Below, one piece after another: positions 27,609 through 37,723 of a stretch of 64,000 nt of DNA. Every line of letters starts with the position of its first letter. Within the stretch, counting starts at the first letter, position 1. A program made the position numbers and the translations under genes. Source of the stretch: Bacteroidota bacterium (GTDB lineage: Bacteria; Bacteroidota; Bacteroidia; Chitinophagales; Saprospiraceae); NCBI GenBank assembly GCA_039176995.1, contig JBCDFY010000005.1, forward strand, positions 7,696-71,695, read 5' to 3'. The notes under the pieces were generated by a model. That model was not told the DNA's origin. It did no database searches and worked only from the letters and a program-made list of their open reading frames with translations.

Positions 27609-29045
27609 CTAATTAATATTCGTATAGGTTAACGTAAATTTCGCTCTAAATTGTTCAACGGAGTGATTTTCGCTACCTAGAATAATCTGGTTTGCTCGAT
27701 TAGCTTTAGTAGCTGCTGGATTTTCGTAATCCGTAAAGATTCTAAATGGTTTAGGTGAAATTTGGATAAATATTTTTTCTTCTACTTCTCCATCAATCAT
27801 TTCTTGAAAGTGGTTCGAGAGATTGATCGTGTAACTTTGAATGGTAGAATCTTTTGCTGTTGGTTCTAAATCTCCTCCAAACGCATTGGTCAAGTTATCT
27901 GCAATAGCTAATGCAGCCACCGTGAAATCACTGATGTAGTCCAATTTGCCATCTTTTTCGTGGAAAAGAAGCAGTTGCTCTGCAGCAGGAAAACGAGGAT
28001 TGGGACTTTCGTCAATCAACGTTAATTCGAGCTTGGCTTGGTTGACTATAATGCTTCCCAAGTCTTTAAAATTAGGAAATTCCAATTGACCATTCACACC
28101 TGCCATGCCCTGCACATAAATCACTTCTTCGTTTGCTGGCTGATCACCGATATTCTTTCCAACTTCTGTATCAGTGTAATCGTGTTGGAAGTTTACAAAT
28201 TTAACAGGGTTGAAGCGTGTTTGTGGCTTGAATGGGAAAACGTATTCTTGTGGAATGCCATCTGTGTTGAGGGTATCGTAGTAAAGATATATCCCACCTT
28301 GTGCACCAGGATCATTTACATTCAAACCAAACAGATCAAATCCCATCATTGTATTTTGGGTATTGACTGTTCGAATATGAAGACCATGAAAATTTTGAGT
28401 AAAAGAGGTATCGCTTTGATAGATTAGAGTATCCTGATCCAAAAAGCGTTGCCCAAGTTCATTCACCAAAGGAATTCTAAGATAAGCGCTTTGCAAAGTA
28501 TCTTCTCTGCCTTGTCTGTAATCTAAAAATTGAATATCTGTATTGGGCTTTGGAAGAAACGTTTGTATTGCTATTGGTTCAGGAGCAATCATAACTTCTT
28601 GATCGGAAAAATAACTCTGACCGTCGTTCAGTTTTTCTATAATTTCATAAACTTCAATAGTGATCAAATCGGTTGTATCACCATAAACGGTAGCAGTATC
28701 ATAAGGTAGAACGAGTACGATTGAATCTATGAGTAAATCGGGATTACCAAAATCAGGTAGAAGAAAATCCAATCCAAATTCACTGTAGATAGAAGCATCA
28801 CTTTTTCCAAAAACAGGATCATTCAGCACACCACAAAGATAACCATCTATTGCATTAGCAAATGGCGTGTACGTCTCAACTGGTCGAGCAGTAGTTGTCG
28901 TCAAGCGAAAAGGGACATCATCTCTGAACTGAATATTAATCTGATCTTCTTCCACTAAATCTAAACCCAAGGTGGAAGGATCGTTGCAAGCAAAAAGAAA
29001 TGCAAGTGCAAAGATGAAAAACAGGGCAATGCGTTGAATGCTCAT
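27609..29045 (-). CDS. DUF4270-like lipoprotein
   Basis: 478 aa, lipobox ALAFLFAC. Its position downstream of the short glycogen synthase gene is the usual Bacteroidota arrangement (from memory). Confidence 0.55.
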   Translation of the reverse strand: MSIQRIALFFIFALAFLFACNDPSTLGLDLVEEDQINIQFRDDVPFRLTTTTARPVETYTPFANAIDGYLCGVLNDPVFGKSDASIYSEFGLDFLLPDFGNPDLLIDSIVLVLPYDTATVYGDTTDLITIEVYEIIEKLNDGQSYFSDQEVMIAPEPIAIQTFLPKPNTDIQFLDYRQGREDTLQSAYLRIPLVNELGQRFLDQDTLIYQSDTSFTQNFHGLHIRTVNTQNTMMGFDLFGLNVNDPGAQGGIYLYYDTLNTDGIPQEYVFPFKPQTRFNPVKFVNFQHDYTDTEVGKNIGDQPANEEVIYVQGMAGVNGQLEFPNFKDLGSIIVNQAKLELTLIDESPNPRFPAAEQLLLFHEKDGKLDYISDFTVAALAIADNLTNAFGGDLEPTAKDSTIQSYTINLSNHFQEMIDGEVEEKIFIQISPKPFRIFTDYENPAATKANRANQIILGSENHSVEQFRAKFTLTYTNIN

Positions 29046-29150
29046 ATATGTCTAATGATAAATAATAGTAAAAACGGAGGAAGATCTATCCTCTAGCAAC
29101 TTACAGGGTATAGAGCGTGTAAAGTTGATAATAGTTGTATGGAAGGAAAA

Positions 29151-29174
29151 GTGGGAAAGCGTTTGCTTTCCCAC
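29151..29174 (-). terminator. Terminator downstream of the glycogen synthase-like gene
   Basis: GTGGGAAAGC-gttt-GCTTTCCCAC, a 10-bp stem. T-rich sequence follows on both strands. Confidence 0.55.
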
Positions 29175-29191
29175 TTATTGTTTTATTATTT

Positions 29192-30013
29192 CTATGATTC
29201 TACTTCTTCTTCCAATAAAGAATGGTAGAATTCAATGTAAGCATCTTTAAAATCTTCTTCTCCTTGGTGCGCCAAAATAGGTTTACCAGAGGCTTCTAGC
29301 ATGGATTTCACAGACTCTGATAACTCCTCATTTCCTTCGATCAAAGCATCTGAGAATGCCAATGCCCCTTTGTGTAAATTGACATTACCATCTTCCAGAA
29401 AGTCTTCTAAATCTTCTTCCTCTAAACTATTGATCGCTGCTTTTTCGGTGAAGCCCTCATCGAATTTCTTGTCGTATTCTTGCTCATAAACAGAATAGAC
29501 CACTTTCGCACTTTGGAACAAAGGCTCCTGCTTATAGGCTTCTTTCACGTAAATGGGCAGCAAACTGGTCATCCAACCATGGCAGTGAATAATGTCTGGC
29601 GGCCATCCAAATTTCCTAACGGTTTCCAATACGCCTTTGCAGAAGAAAATCATGCGTTCAGGATTATCCTCGAAGGGTTCGCCATTTTCGTCATCGAAAA
29701 CCATCTTACGCTTGAAGAAATCTTCATTATCCAAGAAATAAACTTGCATTCTGGCTTGTGGAATGGAAGCTACTTTTATGATTAATGGAAAATCATCATC
29801 GTCCACAATAATATTCATCCCCGACAATCGAACAACCTCGTGTAAGCGATGTCTTCTCTCGTTGATTGTGCCATACTTTGGCATCAAAATACGAATTTCC
29901 ATTCCCTGCTTCTGGATATGCTCGGGCAATCTCCTTGCAATGTTGGATATCTCGTTCATCGCAGTATAAGGATCCATTTCTTGCGTTACAATCAGCACTT
30001 TCTTTTTATCCAT
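29192..30013 (-). CDS. Glycogen/starch synthase-like protein (short, Glyco_transf_5 domain only)
   Basis: 273 aa. KKVLIVTQEMDPY start and the PDIIHCHGWMTSL motif. Confidence 0.75.
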   Translation of the reverse strand: MDKKKVLIVTQEMDPYTAMNEISNIARRLPEHIQKQGMEIRILMPKYGTINERRHRLHEVVRLSGMNIIVDDDDFPLIIKVASIPQARMQVYFLDNEDFFKRKMVFDDENGEPFEDNPERMIFFCKGVLETVRKFGWPPDIIHCHGWMTSLLPIYVKEAYKQEPLFQSAKVVYSVYEQEYDKKFDEGFTEKAAINSLEEEDLEDFLEDGNVNLHKGALAFSDALIEGNEELSESVKSMLEASGKPILAHQGEEDFKDAYIEFYHSLLEEEVES

Positions 30014-30505
30014 ATCTGTTGTTTGTTAAACCTAAAAACCCAATCTTTCTTGGTATTTTGAAAAATGACTGCAAAAGTAAGAAAATTATACTATAATCTA
30101 CATAGTAACAGTTAGTTAACATCTGATAATGACACAATTGAGAGATAGGAAGCGAGACCACTTCGTAATCAGACCGCTTTGCTGCTAGAGGTTAAATGGG
30201 AGAAACATTGAAAAAATGAAGCAAAGTGAAATTCTGAGCCTGTTGATTAAGATAAACAAAATAGACGCGTAACTGTAATTTGCGAAGTTTGCAGCAAGGT
30301 CTTATATGAGTAGGCAAAACTTTGTAAATTTTGTTTGCGTAAAAAATCTAAGATTCTGCATTCCCTGTGTGATACACTTTCTTGAATGTTATCCAATCAC
30401 AAAAACAAACTGTCAAAATTGCAGTTGGCATAACGATTGCTATAAAATAAATCTAATTTCGAGACAAAAACATATTTTGAACCAATAACAATCAACTAAA
30501 ATAAT

Positions 30506-32377
30506 ATGCAAAAGGGAAACATTTCTGTACAGGCGGAAAATATATTTCCAATCATTAAGCAATTCTTATACTCTGATCGAGAAGTTTTCTTGAGAGAATT
30601 GGTTTCCAACGCTGTTGATGCCACTTCTAAGCTAAAAACATTGGCAAAGAGAGGCGAAGTCAAGGGAGAAATTGGAAGCACAACTATTGATATTCTACTA
30701 GATAAAGATGCCAAAACGCTAACGATTCGTGATCGAGGAATCGGAATGACGAAGGAGGAAGTCGAGAAATACTTGAATCAAGTTGCCTTTTCTTCTGCAC
30801 AAGAATTCCTAGAAAAATACGAAGGGGAAAGCAGTATCATCGGACACTTTGGTTTAGGATTTTACTCTGCTTTTATGGTGGCGGATAAAGTAGAAGTCGT
30901 CACTAGGTCTTTCAAAGAAGATGCAGAAGCTGTCAAATGGTCATGCGAAGGCAATCCTGAATATGTCATTGAAGATGCGGAGAAAGAAGCGCGCGGAACT
31001 GACGTGATTCTTCATGTAACGGATAGCGATACAGAATTTTTGGAAGAAGATCGTTTGGAAGAGCTGTTAGGGAAATATTGTAAATTCTTGCCTGTTCCAA
31101 TTCAGTTTGGAATGAAAACGGAAACGACTTATGAAGGAGAAGGTGATGAGGAGAAAGAAGTCAAAACCGAAGTTCCAAACATCATCAACAATCCAAGTCC
31201 AGCGTGGAAGAAGCAGCCTTCCGAACTAACGGATGAAGACTACACCAATTTCTACCAGGAGCTTTTCCCATTCAGCCAACCACCTTTGTTTTGGATACAT
31301 TTGAATATTGATTATCCATTTAATTTAACGGGTATTTTGTATTTCCCTAAGCTAGGAAATACCTTAACTGACCAGCGCAACAAAATTCAGTTGTACAGCA
31401 ATCAGGTCTATGTGACCGATGACGTAAAAGAGATTGTACCTGAATTTTTGACGCTATTACATGGTGTGATTGACTCACCAGATATTCCTTTGAATGTTTC
31501 TCGTAGTTATTTGCAAAGTGATAGTAATGTACGTAAGATCACAGGCTACATTACTAAGAAAGTTGCGGATAAACTGAATGACTTATTCAAGAAAGAGCGC
31601 GAAGATTACGAAAGCAAGTGGAGCGATTTGGGCGTTTTCGTGAAGTATGGAATGATTTCAGATGAGAAATTCTATGATAAAGCACAGAAATTTGCTTTGT
31701 TGAAAGACATTGATGGTAAATTCCATACGATTGAAGAATACAAGGAAAGTGTGAAAGAGGCACAGACCGACAAGCACAATAAGATTATTTTCTTGTACAG
31801 CAATCAGCCGAACGAACATCATAGTTATACAGAAGCAGCAAAAGGAAGAGGTTACAGTGTCTTAGAGTTTGATAACATCATCGATAATCACTTCATGCAG
31901 CAATTGGAGACGAAAGGTAGCGATATTACTTTTGTTCGCGTAGATTCGGATACCGTAGATATGTTGATTCAGAAAGACGAAGAAACGGAATCTGTATTGA
32001 GTGAGAAAGAGCAAGAAAGCGTGAAAAAGACCTTCGAGGATTTGGCTGGACAAACGCCAGGCGCAAGTGTGAGCTTGAAAGCCTTATCGCCAGAAGATGC
32101 GCCAGTGGTCATCACGAAACCTGAATTTATGCGCCGCTTTATGGAAATGCAAGCCCTACAAGGCAACAGCGGTATGGGTGGATTTCCAGAATCTTACAAT
32201 GTTGTCGTGAATTCTAATCATCCTTTGGTGGCAGATAAAATGCTAAAATTGGAAGAAGGCGATGAGCGTAATGATTTAGCGAAGTATTTGGTTGATTTAG
32301 CACTACTGAATCAAGGAATGCTAAAAGGAAAAGCCTTAGCAGATTTCACGCAAAAGGCGTTGAAGTTTGTAGGCTAA
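30506..32377 (+). CDS. htpG: Molecular chaperone HtpG (Hsp90)
   Basis: 623 aa. Motifs FLRELVSNAVDA, IGHFGLGFYSAFMVA and NVSRSYLQ. Confidence 0.95.
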   Translation: MQKGNISVQAENIFPIIKQFLYSDREVFLRELVSNAVDATSKLKTLAKRGEVKGEIGSTTIDILLDKDAKTLTIRDRGIGMTKEEVEKYLNQVAFSSAQEFLEKYEGESSIIGHFGLGFYSAFMVADKVEVVTRSFKEDAEAVKWSCEGNPEYVIEDAEKEARGTDVILHVTDSDTEFLEEDRLEELLGKYCKFLPVPIQFGMKTETTYEGEGDEEKEVKTEVPNIINNPSPAWKKQPSELTDEDYTNFYQELFPFSQPPLFWIHLNIDYPFNLTGILYFPKLGNTLTDQRNKIQLYSNQVYVTDDVKEIVPEFLTLLHGVIDSPDIPLNVSRSYLQSDSNVRKITGYITKKVADKLNDLFKKEREDYESKWSDLGVFVKYGMISDEKFYDKAQKFALLKDIDGKFHTIEEYKESVKEAQTDKHNKIIFLYSNQPNEHHSYTEAAKGRGYSVLEFDNIIDNHFMQQLETKGSDITFVRVDSDTVDMLIQKDEETESVLSEKEQESVKKTFEDLAGQTPGASVSLKALSPEDAPVVITKPEFMRRFMEMQALQGNSGMGGFPESYNVVVNSNHPLVADKMLKLEEGDERNDLAKYLVDLALLNQGMLKGKALADFTQKALKFVG

Positions 32378-32395
32378 TTTCGGATTCGTAATATT

Positions 32396-32436
32396 AGAAC
32401 ATGGAGATTTTAAAAATCTCCATGTTCTTCTTTTTT
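32396..32436 (+). terminator. Rho-independent terminator of htpG (also faces the convergent gene)
   Basis: AGAACATGGAGATTTT-a-AAAATCTCCATGTTCT followed by TCTTTTTT. Confidence 0.8.
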
Positions 32437-32472
32437 AATTGTCACTTCTTGTATTCGAATCAACAATCAATA

Positions 32473-33222
32473 CTATTGCTCCCTCACTCGCCCACCAGAG
32501 CTTTCATTTTCTCTAACTCGATCAGGAGAACCTTTGTAGTAAATCCAACCACCGCTACTCGCGTTTCCTCGAATTGCTTCTGAGGCATAAGTTTTTACTC
32601 CACCACCACTTGAGGCTTCTGCACTCACACGTTTACACTTCAAATCATAAGCACTGACCTTTCCAGAGGAACTGACATCCGCTTCCATTTCATTCACACT
32701 ACCGCCTTCTATTTCAATATTTGCGCCACTGCTTGCTTCTGCTTCCAATTCATCTGCACTGACTGCTTCTGCGTACAAATAGGAACCACTCGAAGCATCC
32801 AAACTCATGTCTTTTGCGCGAATTCTTCCTTCCAGTTTCATATTTGCTCCACTTCCCGTGCTTGCGTCGAAGACATCAGCTTCTACATCATCTTCCAAAA
32901 TGACCTTCGCACCCAAACCTGCGTGTAGACCTTCCAGTTCTTTAAAAGTAATATAAACCCTCACTTCTGGATTGCGTCTCCAATTATTTCCATCCAAATG
33001 TACTTTCAATCGGTCGCCTCGTACTTCCGTCAACACACGATCAATAGAAATATTATCTGCCTCAATTTTAACTTCATTTTTATTGCCTTTTCTCAACTTT
33101 GCCTTTATGCCTTCACTGATGCTCACTTCATCAAAATTGCTCAAACTTCTAGTTTTAGACGATTGTGCCAAAAGCGATGAAGCTAGAGCAAAAAAGGCAA
33201 ACAATACGGTGATTTTCTTCAT
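32473..33222 (-). CDS. DUF2807 / head GIN domain protein (secreted)
   Basis: Signal MKKITVLFAFFALASSLLAQ from the ATG at 33222. Repeated xASSGxxx units (DASSGSYL, EASSGANI, EASSGGGV, NASSGGWI). Confidence 0.7.
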   Translation of the reverse strand: MKKITVLFAFFALASSLLAQSSKTRSLSNFDEVSISEGIKAKLRKGNKNEVKIEADNISIDRVLTEVRGDRLKVHLDGNNWRRNPEVRVYITFKELEGLHAGLGAKVILEDDVEADVFDASTGSGANMKLEGRIRAKDMSLDASSGSYLYAEAVSADELEAEASSGANIEIEGGSVNEMEADVSSSGKVSAYDLKCKRVSAEASSGGGVKTYASEAIRGNASSGGWIYYKGSPDRVRENESSGGRVREQ

Positions 33223-33474
33223 GTTATTTATCATAATGCGAATTTTAATTTTTAGAATAGACAAGACGTTCCTGTGAAGGATGCAAATGATCTCGAACTT
33301 TCGCAAACCGAACTCGAAAAAAATTGTTTCCGCTATAAAGTTTGAAAAAGCAAGAAATATTGCATTTTTGCATCGCTTGACGAAATTCTTTTTTAGAAGA
33401 CAGCGATTAGATCATTTCAAGTTTATCTTTGTCTTTGACGGTCAGAAGGCTTAATTAGTTACTGACTACTCCTA

Positions 33475-33628
33475 GAGTATGTCTAAATTTTATCGTCCTG
33501 ATAACCAATGTTTTATGAACTTGCCGTTGAAATAATTTATTCACTTATCTCGATAAGCTCATAAATTATTTCTTAGGCAAAACCACAAATTATTGACAAT
33601 CAGTTAAATAAATTTTTAGACAAGCTCT
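33475..33628 (+). repeat. 154-bp dispersed repeat, copy 2
   Basis: Same as copy 1. The flanks are unrelated to those of copy 1. Confidence 0.85.
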
Positions 33629-33680
33629 TGTTAAAGCAATTTGTCTTCTAAACAATAATGAAAAATCGGAAAAAATCATC

Positions 33681-34988
33681 ATGGCAGAAGTAATAACAAT
33701 GCCCCGCTTGAGTGACACCATGGAAGAAGGGAATTTGGTGGAATGGCATAAGAAAGTGGGAGACGAAGTAGAAACCGGAGAACTATTAGCAGAAATCGAA
33801 ACGGACAAAGCCACCATGGATTTTGATAGTCCTGCGGATGGTTTTCTGTTGCATATTGCAGTGGAAGAAGGCGCAGTGCCTATTGATTCGGTGATCGCAG
33901 TGATTGGCGAAGAGGGCGAAGATTGGAAAGCAGCAATGTCAGAAGCAGGTGGAAGTTCTGACAATGGAAGTGCGAAGGAAGAAAGTACGGAACAAGCAGA
34001 AGCTGCAGAGAAAACACAGGATAGTACTCCAGCTCCAGCCAGCAATGCACCTGCGAAAGAAGACAGCCGTATCAAGGCTTCTCCTCTGGCAAAAAGTATG
34101 GCCAAAGAAGCGGGCATTGATCTAACGTCGCTTAGTGGAAGCGGAGACAATGGTCGCATCATCAAAAAAGATGTAGAAGCTGCGATGAACCAACCTGCTG
34201 CAGCACCCGCAGTTGCACCTACACCAGCTGCTCCTGCTGCTCAACCTGCACCAAAAGCAGAACCAGCAGCCCCAGCAGTTGTACCATTCAGCTTTTCTAC
34301 TAGTGGAGAAAACCACCAAGATGTGCCTGTCACTCAAATGCGTAAGGTCATCGCTCGTCGTTTGGGAGAAAGTAAATTCACTGCTCCACATTTCTATTTG
34401 ACCGTAGAAATTGCGATGGAAAACGCAATTAAATTGCGTAAGCAATTGAATGAAATTGCGCCAGTGAAAATTTCTTTCAATGATTTAGTATTGAAAGCAG
34501 CGGCTGTTTCCTTGAAGCAACATCCAGCGATCAATTCTTCCTGGTTGGGCGATACCATTCGAGTGAATGGCGACGTGAATATTGGAGTTGCCGTAGCGGT
34601 GGAAGATGGTTTGCTAGTACCAGTGGTGCGCCATGCGGATATGAAGACCCTTTCGCAAATCAATACGGAAGTGAAAGAAATGGCGGGCAGAGCAAAGATC
34701 AAGAAATTGCAGCCGCAAGAAATGCAGGGCAATACCTTCACCATTTCCAATTTAGGAATGTTTGGTATTGAAGAATTTACAGCAATTATCAACCCACCAG
34801 ATGCTTGTATTTTAGCAGTTGGCGGCATCATTGATAAAGCCGTAGTGAAAGATGGAGAAGTTGTGCCAGGCAAACGCATGAAAGTGACGCTTTCTTGCGA
34901 CCATCGCGTAGTGGATGGCGCAAGTGGAGCGAAGTTCTTGAATACGTTCAAAGAAATTTTAGAAAATCCTGTACGTATTTTGGTATAG
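33681..34988 (+). CDS. 2-oxoacid dehydrogenase E2 (dihydrolipoamide acyltransferase)
   Basis: Lipoyl domain (EIETDKATMDF), Ala/Pro linkers, E3-binding domain (ASPLAKSMAKEAGIDL) and catalytic motif DHRVVDGA. Confidence 0.9.
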   Translation: MAEVITMPRLSDTMEEGNLVEWHKKVGDEVETGELLAEIETDKATMDFDSPADGFLLHIAVEEGAVPIDSVIAVIGEEGEDWKAAMSEAGGSSDNGSAKEESTEQAEAAEKTQDSTPAPASNAPAKEDSRIKASPLAKSMAKEAGIDLTSLSGSGDNGRIIKKDVEAAMNQPAAAPAVAPTPAAPAAQPAPKAEPAAPAVVPFSFSTSGENHQDVPVTQMRKVIARRLGESKFTAPHFYLTVEIAMENAIKLRKQLNEIAPVKISFNDLVLKAAAVSLKQHPAINSSWLGDTIRVNGDVNIGVAVAVEDGLLVPVVRHADMKTLSQINTEVKEMAGRAKIKKLQPQEMQGNTFTISNLGMFGIEEFTAIINPPDACILAVGGIIDKAVVKDGEVVPGKRMKVTLSCDHRVVDGASGAKFLNTFKEILENPVRILV

Positions 34989-35016
34989 AGGATTATTTTC
35001 TGGAAAATAAAAGATT

Positions 35017-35044
35017 GGGAAATGGAGTGCTTGCTTCATTTCCC
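35017..35044 (+). terminator. Terminator downstream of the E2 gene
   Basis: GGGAAATGGA...TCATTTCCC followed by TTTCTATTTTCTC. Confidence 0.5.
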
Positions 35045-35141
35045 TTTCTATTTTCTCAAAAGTGTAATTTGTTATACTTAAACTATAAGCAATCAAAAAT
35101 GTAGTGCAGAACTATACCTTTGTTGCTTTTAAGCACATCAT

Positions 35142-35534
35142 ATGAAAAAAATCATTAGTACTTCTTTGAAATTATGGTTTGCGCTAACTTTAGTTACAGC
35201 TTGCTCTTCTGACAAAGAAAATCTCCTACTCGGCAACTGGAAAGCTACACAACTTACCGAAAATGGTGAAGCCATATCAATGGATTTAAGAGAAGTGCAA
35301 TTCACTTTTGATGAGCAAGGTCGCTATCAATTTCAGAGTACCTTAAATTACAGAGAAGCAGGTTTTTATCGGCAGAACAACAACTTGCTCTACACCACAG
35401 ATACGCTCAATTCTAAAAAAGAGCAACAGGCAGTGAAAATTTTGAAACTGGATGAAGAAGTTTTAGAGCTTGGAATGGAGGACAATGGTAAGAAGTTAGT
35501 TCTTCTGCTAGAAAAAGTGGGAATTCAAGAATAG
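35142..35534 (+). CDS. Small lipoprotein of unknown function
   Basis: 130 aa. Lipobox LTLVTAC. Confidence 0.55.
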   Translation: MKKIISTSLKLWFALTLVTACSSDKENLLLGNWKATQLTENGEAISMDLREVQFTFDEQGRYQFQSTLNYREAGFYRQNNNLLYTTDTLNSKKEQQAVKILKLDEEVLELGMEDNGKKLVLLLEKVGIQE

Positions 35535-35727
35535 TTTGAATACCTCGAATAAGCTAGATATGATAAATTGATCCGCCACATATTTGTGACAAAAAACAAA
35601 CCTCTTCGTCCTCAGAAAAGGAAGTCTAGTAGAAAAGAAAATCGCTCTACTGATACTTTTTGTAACTTTACCAAAATGGGTAAAGTGATCTAACCTATTT
35701 TTCAAACAAAATCGAATAAGCTATATT

Positions 35728-36327
35728 ATGAGCAAGAGTATTATTTACTTAGTTTTAGTGGTCTTAGGACTTTTCTTTGTCTTGGGTGGTTGCAGTTCTT
35801 ACAATAGTTTGGTGGACAAGGATGAAAACGTGGAACAAGCCTGGGGAAATGTGCAGAATGCTTATCAGCGTAGAGCAGATTTGATTCCTCAATTAGTTGC
35901 TACTGTGAAAGGAGCAGCAGAATTCGAGAAATCTACGATTACAGCAGTGACGGAAGCACGCGCCAAGGCAACTTCTATCACGATTGATCCAAGCAACATC
36001 ACCCCTGAACAATTGCAGCAATTCCAGCAAGCACAGTCTGGATTGACTTCGTCTTTAAGTCGTCTTCTCGCCACTTTTGAACGCTATCCAGAACTCAAAG
36101 CAACGGATGGTTTCCGACAATTGCAAGCGCAATTGGAAGGCACAGAAAACCGCATCAAAGTAGAAAGAGATAAATTCAACAGCGTGGTCACGACCTATAA
36201 TAAATCTGTTCGTAAATTCCCAGCAGCAATTTTTGCAGGTATTTTTGGTTTCGACCGACGCCCACAGTTTGAATCAGATTCGGGTGCAGAAGATGCTCCA
36301 GAAGTGAATTTTGACTTTAGTAAGTAA
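35728..36327 (+). CDS. lemA: LemA family protein
   Basis: N-terminal anchor plus NVEQAWGNVQNAYQRRADLIPQLV and ERYPELKA motifs. Confidence 0.9.
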   Translation: MSKSIIYLVLVVLGLFFVLGGCSSYNSLVDKDENVEQAWGNVQNAYQRRADLIPQLVATVKGAAEFEKSTITAVTEARAKATSITIDPSNITPEQLQQFQQAQSGLTSSLSRLLATFERYPELKATDGFRQLQAQLEGTENRIKVERDKFNSVVTTYNKSVRKFPAAIFAGIFGFDRRPQFESDSGAEDAPEVNFDFSK

Positions 36328-36333
36328 CCAAAG

Positions 36334-36359
36334 TAGTCACAATAGTTGATTTCACATAG
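36334..36359 (-). repeat. Same motif family, copy c
   Basis: The reverse complement reads CTATGTGAAATCAACTATTGTGACTA, 23/25 against the copy at 44745. Confidence 0.65.
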
Positions 36360-36486
36360 CACACATAGGTGTGTGAAAGAATAGTAAGAAACTACAAGTG
36401 GCAAGTGGTTATTTCAATGAATAAGAATTTGATTTTGAGATAGTTAGATTTTTAATTCAGCTATCTCAAATCTCATATCCAACAAC

Positions 36487-36921
36487 ATGATTGACTTTTT
36501 CACCAAATCACAAGGCGACGAAATCATAATCGCTATCCGAAAGGCAGAGCGAAATACGAGTGGAGAAATTCGGGTTCATTTGGAAGCCAAGTGCAAAGGA
36601 GAAATTGTTCATGCTGCTCGCAAAACGTTCAAACGTTTGAAAATGCAGAAAACGAAAGATCGAAATGGAGTCTTGTTTTTCATTGCTCCCGAGCGTAAAG
36701 AATTTGCAATCATTGGCGATGAAGGGATTGACAAAGTTGTGCCAGAAAACTTCTGGGAGGACATCCGCGATGCCTTACAGCAAAATTTCAAACACGCTCA
36801 ATTCAAAGAAGGCATAGTTGCAGGCGTCGCACGCGTGGGCGAGAAATTGCAGACTTATTTTCCATACCAGGAAGATGACGAGAATGAATTACCTGATGAA
36901 ATTTCTTATGGTGGACAGTAA
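36487..36921 (+). CDS. TPM domain protein
   Basis: Motifs GEIRVHLE and NGVLFFIAPERKEFAIIGDEGI. Follows lemA, as in the common LemA-TPM-TPM operon. Confidence 0.8.
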   Translation: MIDFFTKSQGDEIIIAIRKAERNTSGEIRVHLEAKCKGEIVHAARKTFKRLKMQKTKDRNGVLFFIAPERKEFAIIGDEGIDKVVPENFWEDIRDALQQNFKHAQFKEGIVAGVARVGEKLQTYFPYQEDDENELPDEISYGGQ

Positions 36922-37708
36922 AATACATTGGAAGCATACAATTATCACGACCTTGCTACTGTTTGTGTTACAAGTAGTCGTAGCGCAAAAAGCAATTCCA
37001 TCAAAGCCTTTCCAACTGGTCAATGATTATGCTCGTGTGCTACAATCAAGTGAGAAAAGAGCACTGGAGCGTAAGTTAGTAGCATACAATGATTCCACTT
37101 CCACGCAAATTGCAGTCGTCATTGATAACTCTTTACAGGGCGAAGATATTTTTGATTATTCTTATCGCTTAGCAGAAAAATGGGGTATTGGGCAAGGAGA
37201 AAAAAACAATGGTGTATTAATCTACATCGCATTTAGTGATCGTAAACTAAGAATACAAACAGGTTATGGCGCAGAAGGCTTTCTACCAGATGTCTTAGCG
37301 CAACAAATTGTGGATGGCATCATCACGCCAGCCTTCAAGCAACAGCAATACTACAACGGACTCGACCGAGCAACGGATGTCATTATAAAACTAGCTCAAG
37401 GCGAATATACCGCTGATGACATTAGAAGCAATAGTGGAGATAGTGGCTTTCCCATTATTATCATCTTTCTTATTATTTTCTTAATTTTCTATATAGCCTC
37501 TCGCGGTGGTGGCAATGACGATGACGATGGTGGCTACTACCGTGGTGGACGCTACGAACGCAGAAGACGTGGCGGTGGTTGGGTCATCATGCCTGGCAGC
37601 GGCAGTTGGGACATCGGCGGCGGTGGTGGCTGGACTGGTGGCGGCGGCGGATTTGGTGGCTTTGGCGGTGGAAGTTTCGGTGGCGGTGGTGCTGGTGGAA
37701 GTTGGTAG
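36908..37708 (+). CDS. TPM domain membrane protein (YgcG-like) with Gly-rich tail
   Basis: ATG at 36908 overlaps the upstream stop by 14 nt. Signal peptide, STQIAVVI and NGVLIYIAFSDRKLRIQTGYG motifs, one TM helix, and a GGGWTGGGGGFGGFGGG tail. Confidence 0.8.
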   Translation: MVDSKIHWKHTIITTLLLFVLQVVVAQKAIPSKPFQLVNDYARVLQSSEKRALERKLVAYNDSTSTQIAVVIDNSLQGEDIFDYSYRLAEKWGIGQGEKNNGVLIYIAFSDRKLRIQTGYGAEGFLPDVLAQQIVDGIITPAFKQQQYYNGLDRATDVIIKLAQGEYTADDIRSNSGDSGFPIIIIFLIIFLIFYIASRGGGNDDDDGGYYRGGRYERRRRGGGWVIMPGSGSWDIGGGGGWTGGGGGFGGFGGGSFGGGGAGGSW

Positions 37709-37723
37709 AAAAAATAAAATCTG

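Noticed and set aside
30014-30505. 490-bp spacer upstream of htpG, including the 60-aa ORF at 30306-30488 and a GGAAGC string reminiscent of SRP RNA
   Set aside because: No convincing secondary structure or conserved ncRNA motif could be drawn. The ORF is Cys-rich and AT-rich with no support. The region probably holds divergent promoters only.
33590-34165. 191-aa minus-strand ORF (MMMRPLSPLPLS...)
   Set aside because: It is antisense to the well-supported E2 gene. It has Ser/Ala/Pro-rich low-complexity composition mirroring the E2 Ala/Pro linkers, and it starts inside the dispersed repeat.
36431-36443. GATTTTGAGAT shared with 17601-17611, suggesting another copy of the 17.6-kb palindrome family
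   Set aside because: Only 11 nt match cleanly and the rest needs indels. That is too short to distinguish from chance in AT-rich intergenic DNA.
37500-37705. Apparent tandem DNA repeat (ggcggtggt units)
   Set aside because: It is in-frame Gly-rich low-complexity coding at the C-terminus of the TPM/YgcG-like protein, not an independent repeat element.
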